DNA from: the human T2T-CHM13v2.0 reference genome, Homo sapiens
DNA: 64,000 nt
Assembly: GCF_009914755.1 (NCBI RefSeq)
Contig: NC_060928.1
Direction: 5' to 3' (one strand)
Shown here: piece after piece, positions 54,815 to 64,000 of the stretch
Layout of the letters: each line of letters opens with the position of its first letter
Numbering within the stretch: position 1 is the first letter of the stretch
Translations under genes and position numbers: made by a program
Notes under the pieces: generated by a model
Databases searched by the model: none
What the model was told of the DNA's origin: nothing
What the model saw: only the letters and a program-made list of their open reading frames with translations

Positions 54815-57800
54815 CTTTAATTTCTTGCTTTTTCTTTTCTGTGTATCCATTGCATGTTTTTCATAAGGTTACCATGAGGCTTACAAACACTATCTTATAA
54901 CCCACTATTTAAACCGATGACAACTTAACACTGATTGCATAAAGAAACAGACTCACAAAAAGGAAACTAATAAAAACTCTACACTTTAACTTCATCCTCC
55001 CACTTTTTAACATTTTGTTGTTTCTCTTTATGTCTTATTGTGCTGTTTATGTCTTGAAAAGTTGCTCTAGTTATTATTTTTGATTGATTCATCATTTAGT
55101 CCTTCTAGTTAAGTCAAGAGAAGCTTATACATCATAATTACAGTGTTATACTAATCTGTGTTTTTCTTTGGCCTACTGTTACCAGGGAGGTTTTTTTTGT
55201 TGTTGTTTGTTTGTTTCTTCTTTTCTTGTTTTGTTTTTTTCCTTCAGGTGATTTCTTATTGCTCATTAACATCTTTTTTATTTCTGATTGAAGAACTCCC
55301 TTTAGCATTACCTGTCTGGTTTTGATGAAATCACTCACCTTTTGCTTGTCTGGGAAGGCCTTTATTTCTCCTTCATGCTTAAAGGATATTTTCACTGGAT
55401 ATACTATCCTAGGGTACAAGTTTTTTCTTTCAGCACTTTAAATATGTCATGCCATTCTCTCCTGGCCTGTAAAGTTCCCACTGAAAACTGTTGTCAGATA
55501 CATTGGAGCTTTATGTCATTTGGGTTTTTTGTTTTGTTTCGGTTTGGTTTTTTCCCTCTGGCTGCTTTTAGGATCCCTTCTTTATCCTTGACCTTTGGAA
55601 GTTTGATTATTAAAAGCCTCAGAGTAGTCTTCTTTGAGTTATATCTGCCTGCTGTTCTATAACCTTCTTGTATTTGAATGTTGGTATCTTTGTCTAGGTT
55701 TGGAAAGTTCTCTGATATTATCCCTATGAATCCCCCTTGTCTCTGTCTCTTTCTCTCCCTCCTCTTTAAAGACAATAACTCTTAGATGTGTTCTTTTGAG
55801 GCTATTTTCTAGGCATGCTTATTGGTTTTTATTCTTTTTTCTTTTGTCTCCTCTGATTGTGTATTTTCAAATAGACTGCCTTCTATTTCACTAATTCTTT
55901 CTCTGTTTGATCAATTCTGCTATTAAGAGACTTTGAAGCGTTCTTCAGCATATCAATTGCATTTTCAAGTCTAGCATTTCTGCTTGATTCCTTTTAAGTA
56001 TTTCAGTCTGCTTATTAAATTTGTCTGATATAACTCAGAATTCCTTCTCTTTGCTATCTTGAATTTCTTTGTGTTTCCTCAAAACAGCTATTTTGAATTC
56101 TCTTTCTGAAAGGTCATATATCTCTGTTTCTCCAGGACTAGTTCCTGGTGCCTTATTTAGTTCATTTGATGAGGTCCTGTTTTCCTGGATGTTGTTGATA
56201 CTTATAGGTGTTCTTCAGTGTTTGGTAATTAAAGAGGTAGATATTTATTGTAGTCTTTACAGTCTGGGCTTGTTTGTGCCTGTCCTTCTTGGGAAGGCCT
56301 TCCAGGTATTTGGAGGGACTTGGGCCCCAAACCCAATAATGTTGTGGTTTTTGCAGACTCATAGAGGCACTGCCTTGGTGGTCTTGGATAAGACCTGAAA
56401 GAATTATCTCACTTACCAGGCAGAGACTTGTTTTTTCCCCTTACTCTCAAACATATTGAGTGTCTCTCTCTGTGCTGAGCCACTTGGAACAGGGTGTGTA
56501 ATGATGGAATCACCCCTGTGACCACCATCACTGGGACTGTGCTGGGTCAGACCTGAAGCCAGCATGGTACTGGGACTTGCTCAAGGCCATTCCCTTCAAG
56601 GTAGTGAGTTCCTCAGGCCCTGGGGAGTGTCCAGAGATGCTGTCTGGGAGCCAAGGACTGGAGTCAAAAACCTTACCAATTTGCCTGATGTTCTATTCTT
56701 CTGCAGCTAAGCTGGAACTTAAACCACAATACAAAGTCCTTCCCACTCTTCCTTCCTCTTACTATGGCTGAGGATCCTCTCTTGTGGCTCCCACCACTAC
56801 TAGTCCATGGGGTTTCTCCAGCCCACAACCAATGTTCACTTAAAGCCCAAGGCATCTGCCTCAGCTTGTGTGAATGTTGCCAGGCCTGGAACTCACCCTT
56901 CAGGGAAGTGTATTGCCTTCTGGCCTAGAGCAGGTCCAGAAATGCTGTCTAAGAGCCTAGACCTCGACTCAGGGACTCCAAGGGCCTGATTGCTACCCTA
57001 TCCCACTGTGGCTGAGCTGATAGCTGGGGTGCAAGACAAAATCCCCTTTATTTTTCCCTCTGCTTTTCTTAAACAGAAGTATTTCACCATAGCCACCACA
57101 GCTGGGAATGTGATGGGTCTTTTCTGAAGCCAGCACGTCTCAGAGCCCAAGGCCCATTGCATACCCCCTGGGTATCAATGGTGGTTTTTCAGGGCCCAAG
57201 CGTTCTTTAGTCAGCAGGTAATAAGTCCTTCCAGGACTGGGCTCTTCACTTCAAAGCAGTGGTCCTTCTTGATCCAGGATGTGTTGAGAAATGTCATCTA
57301 GGAGCTATGGCCTGGAATGGGGGCCTTATGATTCTGCCCGGCGCCCTATCCTACTGTGGCTGAGCTGGTATCCAAGATGCAAGACAAAGTCCTTTTTCTT
57401 CTTCACTCTTCTCTCCTTTAGCAGAAGGAAGGAGTAACTTTTGTTGCTACAAGCTACACTGCCTGGGGTTAGAGGAGTGATGGCACAAGCACTCCTTGAG
57501 CTGTGCCAGGTGGTGTCTTCCTAAGTCACATGCCACCCAAGTTCACTGGCTCTAAGCCTAGCCTAGCACTAGGAATTGCAGTCCTTGTGTCCCAAATCTC
57601 CTTTCAAGTTTACCTAGGACCCCAGAGCACTTTGGCCCTCAGTGGTGAGGCTTGCATGAAACCCAAGTTCCGGCCCATGGGATGAGTGATTCCCCTCTGT
57701 CTAGGGCTGGTCCAAATGCTCCCTTCTTGTGTGGGTGCTGGCTGAGCCCAGCATGGTTTAATTCTCTGCTGTGACAGGGCAGCACTGAATTCAATGTAAA

Positions 57801-58093
57801 GTTTCTCAGTCACTGTGTCTCCCTCCCCAAAGTGCACAAATACTCTCTCTGTGCCTCATGACCACAGCCGGGGAATGGGGAGGGGTGTCAATGGTGATTC
57901 AAGACTGCCTCTCCTGCTCTCCTCAGTGCCCTCTTTTAGCAATATGAAGCTAAAACCAGGTACTTTGATTGCTCATCTGATTTTTGGTTCTTGTCATGGA
58001 GCTTTTCTATGTGCAGACAGTTGTTAAAATGTGCTGTTCCAGCAGAAGGGGACAAACAGTGTATACTTCCATTCTGCCATCTTGCTCTGCCCC
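54815..58093 (-). mobile_element. Old L1 (L1M2/L1MA-type) 5' UTR, ORF1 and inter-ORF region
   Basis: Minus-strand ORF1p remnants IISENFPNLDKDTNIQIQEGYRT...LIIKLPKVKDKEGILKAAR and YPRIVYPVKISFKHEGEIKAFPDKQK; 5' terminus ...ctgccatcttgctctgcccc. Confidence 0.9.
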
Positions 58094-58461
58094 TTAGTTA
58101 CTTTTTAATACTTATAAATGAGAAAATGTATTATGCCGGCCTTTTGTAATCAGACTTGAATATAACTGAGTACTGTATAATTTCTAATGTTATACTAAGA
58201 CTTTAGACAGAGCAATCTTCACAGTCAAACCTTTTGCTAATAAGTTATAAAAATGAAAGTGTATTTTTACTTGTGCCACACTGGTAACTTTGGTTTATTA
58301 TATACTTAAGTTTATTATTGTGTAGCATTCTGATTTTATTTTTCATTCTCTGCCAGAGCTCAACTTACACTGAAAACATATTATGAAATTTGCCTCCTTG
58401 AATACTGTATCTGTCTACCAATCATAAGCTTTAATTGACTCATTGTTTATTTTTTATTCTC

Positions 58462-58706
58462 CAGGCAGGAGAATTGCTCCAGCCTAGGAGTTCAACCCTA
58501 GCCTGGGCAACATGGTGAGACCTCGTCTCTACCAAAAATTAAATTAAATAAGTAGCTGGATGTGGTGTCATAAGCCTGTGGCCACAGCTACTTGGGAGGG
58601 TAAAGTGGGAGGATTGCTTGAGTCTGAAAGTTCAAGTCTGCAGGAAGCTGTGATTGCCTTACTGCACTCCAGCCTGGGTGACAGAGGAATACCCTGTCTC
58701 AAAAAA
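58462..58706 (+). mobile_element. 5'-truncated AluJ
   Basis: aggcaggagaattgc...agcctgggcaacatgg...actgcactccagcctgggtgacaga. Confidence 0.88.
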
Positions 58707-60796
58707 CTGTTGGGAAATAACTGTTATCCTAGTATTTGTTAATATGATAAAATGCATTAATTGATAATGGTTTCTGTAAAGTTAGATATTTACCTTATCG
58801 CTTGTGTAGAAAAAGATATATAAATCATATCTATTTGTGATTATGATTTCCAAATGTTAAAAGTGAAGTGTGTTTTTTTTTTTCATGCATAAGGGCTAAT
58901 TTCAATATATAAATATATTATGTGTTTTTGTTCTGGCTCAAAAAGACTTGAGATCTTTCCAAAAATGTTAAGTGCCCATAACTATTAGTACTATCAATCT
59001 TTGAAAATAAACATTTGGAGCTGTTTCTTGGACTCGTTCGTGTATTGAGAAAGTAATGCTTGGCAAAGAATATAAGTCTACAGGAATGCTGTAATATAAA
59101 AAGAAGAAAATATACTTCAAAAGTAATAAAAAGACAAGAAGGAGAGATAGTTGTTACGAAAGGAGACTAGCTGTCTATGGGTTAAAAGGTGAGTAGATGA
59201 TAATTGAACTAAAGGGAACTTTTCACTTAAGCTTATTGATGTTGTTGAATTATTTAGAGCCACTTTGATCCCAAACCTTCACCAATGATCATCTGAACAA
59301 CTCTGTATATTTTACTATTACATATTAATGTTCTCCTGGAGATTTGAATTTACTTAGCAAATGTAGTGCATCAATGTTATATGAAATATTTATGACAGTT
59401 CTTTACCAATACAAACATTTTTTAAAATATCATATTATAATATGATCCCCTCATTTAGTAACATTGACTTTTTTATTTGTTTCATGGTAATGGTCGTTTT
59501 TTGTTTTTTTTTTTTACTTTTACAACTATACACGTGAAGTCCACCAAAGCCTGGATATATGGTATAGCCTTCAGGTTTTCTGTTATAGGTGATATATATT
59601 TCATATGTATTTCTCATATATGTTATAGCTACATATTTCTAACTACTTAGACACTCATTTTTATCTTCTTTCTCTCTCCAAACCACAAATATCTGTCTTT
59701 TTATTATAATTTGGCATAAAAATACCTATGGCCAGTTTCATCAGTTAAAATCTTCTGGACAGTGGGAATTATTTATCTGTACATATTTTAGAAATTAGGG
59801 ACACAAAACATACTGCTCTCTCACAAATTTTCTCTGCAGAATTTATCATAATACAGGTTTTTCACCTTTCTAGGTAATTCAAGTAGATCATCCTTGCCTG
59901 AGGAGATACAATCCTGAATTACTTTCTAAGTTTGTTTCTAAAGCAAACATAGAGCCCTTCAAATGGTTTATAGTAAGTTAGCATTTCCCTGCTGTGACAT
60001 TAAAAAAAAAATGTTCAACTATAACAACAAACATATGTAGTATAATTTTTCATGGAAAGGCATAGAATTGGAAAAGCATAAATAATATTAGCAGCACAAA
60101 CCGACATGGATACTGGAGGGCAACATGAACCTCCTGCGAACTAACAGAAAAGTGGATCTTAATGTAATTTGTGAAGTACATAACATCTAAAATGTTACAC
60201 ATGAGTGAACGTGAAGGAAAAATTATTCTCATGAGATGCTATCAGATACATATCTATACATATGTCATAGCTGTAATTCATTATAAAATAATATCAGCAA
60301 CAAATAACAAAAAGAAGCTACAACATAAATCTCATCCCCTACATTCCTTTAATCTGTTGTACTATAATTTTTTGTCAGAAATGATTGAAGAACATGTGTT
60401 TTGATGGTTACAGCATGAACTCAAATATCCTTAGAGTGGCACTTTTGAAAATAGTATACCAGCGCTGTTGGCATCCATGTGAACACACAAACACATTTAC
60501 ACACATACGAGTGAGATCATAACTTCTGATGTAAGTATATAAGGTATATATGACATATATTTGTAAAATGCAAATTAATTTCATGAAAAAATGTTATCTA
60601 ATGGTTTAAGATTTCAAAAAGCTTACTTTTTTCATTTATTAAGGAATAAATGACTATATTTTATCCATTTTTTATTTAAAATTTTCTTTTGATTTTGTCA
60701 GGATGATAGAGCAGACATAATTATTTTATTTTACTGATGACAGAGCTGATGCTCCAACTGGTAAAGAGATTAATACAAGGATATGACCCTATGCCT

Positions 60797-61706
60797 TTTA
60801 GGGGCCAAGGGAAAACTTAGCTTTTGCTCTCTGAAGGCTCACTGAAAAAATAAACTCACTAAAGGCACATGAATTGGATGAAATACATACAAATTTTATG
60901 AATGTGTACACAGAAGCCTTCAGAATGAAGACCCAAAGATACAGGATAAATTGTTCATTTTTATACTTAGGCTCAACAAAGTATGGACAGCCATGTAGAA
61001 ATATGATTGCACAAAATGCTATGGCCTAATGCTAATAGACTGAGTGACTGGGGAAACCCAGCAAGGCCCATCTGTCTAGATTCTTCTTGGCCTCTCAGAT
61101 CATTCATTCCTTCTGGGTATGAGGCAGGACCCTCTCTGGAATGGGAGTTTTATCATCTACAGTGAAACAAGGTAGGTCAGATAATTCCTTTTTGTTCTTG
61201 GAGACAAAATCTCATTCTGCCACCCAGGCTGGAGTGCAATGGCGCAATCTGGGCTCCCTCCACCTCCTGGTTACAAGAGATTCTCCCGCCTCAGCCTCCT
61301 GAGTAGCTGGGATTACAGGTGCCTGCCACCACGCCTGGCTAAGTTTTGTATTTTTAGTAGAGATGCGGTTTCGCCCTGTTGGCCAAGCTGGTCTTGAACT
61401 CCTGACCTCAAGTGATCCACCTGCCTGGGCCTCCCAAAGTGCTGAGATTACAGGCATGAGCCATTGCGCCTGGCCTAGATAATTTCTTTATGGTCAGTTT
61501 TTCCAAGGAAAGCTGGAGGGACAGATAGAGTAATTATTTTAGGTATTATGGCTAGCCTTGGGGAAAAGGGGTTCTGGTTTCTATGGCTAGCCTCCAGCAT
61601 GAATGGGACTGAGACAAGAGAACAGGAGAAGGTCAGAGAAAAATTTTCGCTTCTGCAGCCACTTCTGAGGCCTTCATTTTGGGGTATTGTTTTCTGAGTC
61701 ACAACA
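60797..61706 (-). mobile_element. ERV1 (MER4-group) solo LTR interrupted by an Alu
   Basis: Reverse strand starts TGTTGTGACTCAGAAAACAATACCCCAAAATGAAGGCCTCAGAAG; near-matching 4-bp flanks gcct/gctt. Confidence 0.7.
61190..61476 (-). mobile_element. AluS (Sx/Sz-like) inside the LTR
   Basis: Full dimer with a short tail; TSD agataattcctt / agataatttctt. Confidence 0.93.
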
Positions 61707-61870
61707 GCTTTTACTCCAAGTTTAATTTTATAAATAAATTTTCTGAACTAGTTCATTTGGAAAGCAAAATGACTGATATTTGTTATTTTGATAGACAAGT
61801 GTATCTTCCATTTATTGGCAAGATAAAAAATTAATTTAAACTGAAAGTTTTCTAATTAAAAGAGGAAATG

Positions 61871-62260
<390 letters not shown>

Positions 62261-64000
62261 TTAGGTTTAGGAAGTTAGGTGTTCAGCAGTCAGACCTCCC
62301 TACTCCTCAGATACTTATGCGTGATCTGTAAATTCAGAGCATGTGGTTTGAAATCTTTACAATAGGCTTTGGTTTGGCATCCAAGCCACATGTCCTGGTA
62401 CACACTGCTTTGGAGCAATTTAGAATACTTGCTTTGAAGGCTTATTATAAACATAGAAAAATCTGTTTTTTCCACAAGGATAGCACCAGAGTGCCAAAGA
62501 AGTTATTATCGTGACTAGAGATCAACGTTTTTACATGGTCCTCTATTATTGAATCAGAGGTGTCATTCCCGATTTTGATAATGTTTATTTTTCTATGTAA
62601 GTCAAAATAGAAGGGTTTAAAGAACACCTGTCTCAAAAAGGATCTTTCTTTATTATGCCTTTAGCAATACATTAGCTTCACGTTCTAAAAAAAACATGGT
62701 ATATTTACATTTGTGAATGTTTCACTTGCCCATTGATATTTAATTATTTTCTTATATGACTTCTCAGTATAGAATTCTGTTTCTGGGAAAATCCTTACAA
62801 CATATGCAGTTTAACCTTCAAAATCAGAAAAGTTTTAGAAATTGGGGGCATTTTTTTTATTTGGGGGCATTCAGTCTTTTAAGGATTCCAGGACATCAAT
62901 CTTCATTTCTATAGTATGGATAGTATCTTTTCCCTATCCCACTCCTTCCTTTACATTTCTATATAAGAATGTTGTTACTTTTTTACTTTAAAATTATCTC
63001 TCTATGAATTTGAGTCATTGTGATTAACAAGTTTTCAATTTATGTGTTACCGAATGCGCCAAAAATCTTGTAGGCGAATTTCAATAAAGATACTTTGTTT
63101 CCTTTCAAATCACACAGGGAACACCCATTCCTTTATCTTTTCGTTTTATAGAACTATATATACTCTTTAATATTCTACCATTCGACCAGTTTTTGAAACC
63201 TAGAGAACACAATCTTAATTTTAGTAACTATAAAAACAACAAAATATGTCATTTCCTAATCAATTTATGTCAATTAAACACAATTTTAAAAATATGAATG
63301 AGCTCTACTCAATGAATTCAAACTATTAATTCCCATGGAGAACAATAAACTTTGGTCATAGTTTTGGGAACAAGTTTTTGCACATATTTGATATTGTGTT
63401 CATGAAGCCCAAATAACCATGATTGGAAATAAATTATCATTTTTTCCTACAGTTTTCAGAACCTAGATGATATTACAAAAGCATCTGTTTACATGCTAAG
63501 ACTCATAAATATTGCAAGTTTAATTTTCTCTATCATACCTCATACCAGTGGTGGTAGGGACTATTCTGTCAGCATTCAGCTGTGGCCGTTCTGCTAAGGA
63601 AGACAACATAATTGTTTTTGAAAAGATTTTCAGAGGTTCATGGAGAAATAAAAATAAATTTATATCTTCCTTTAGTGGGTAAGTGGAAGCACTATCATTT
63701 TAAGGTCTTTCAAACTACTATACTTAGGTATTTCCATCATCCATGTGTCTTAAAGTGATTTATGTTTTCTAAAACAAATTTTCAAGTATTCTGCCTTCTG
63801 CGTGATTGTGAATATATGTTGTTAGATCAAAAATGTGTTTGTTAAGGAAATTTCACTTTTAACTGGGATAAAATCTAATTTAAGATAAATAATAAATAAT
63901 AATAACTAGTAAAATAAGTAAACGGTTAATAAATAAACGCTTGATCCATGCTAAAATGACCTCCCTGTCTTATATCTGCCAACCCTGGTTTGGTTGCTTC

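Noticed and set aside
55138-56362. L1 ORF1-derived gene
   Set aside because: Fragments lie in different frames and contain simple-repeat insertions.

Overview
Primate (very probably human) genomic DNA lying inside the large neuronal adhesion-GPCR gene ADGRL3 (latrophilin-3/LPHN3), transcribed on the + strand. Only one coding exon is present: 49070-49283 (214 nt, AG/GT bounded, phase 1 to phase 2). It encodes the mature N-terminus and the first part of the rhamnose-binding-lectin-like (SUEL/Gal_lectin) domain. Everything else is AT-rich intron heavily filled with interspersed repeats: about 16 Alu/FLAM copies, several L1 fragments (mostly antisense to the gene), L2/MIR remnants, MaLR and ERV1 solo LTRs (including MER41A), a near full-length Tigger1, a MER63 element, and microsatellites. 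The other ORFs in the track come from these repeats or are chance ORFs. I see no convincing novel biological system. The most interesting sequence-level observations cluster around the exon: the frame stays open on both sides, there is an in-frame upstream AG and a Kozak ATG giving a signal-peptide-like leader, and a 75-codon read-through is followed by AATAAA and overlapped by paired RBFOX motifs. Several template-switch-like duplications and palindromes are also noted. Repeat subfamily calls and boundaries were made by eye from remembered consensus sequences and are approximate.
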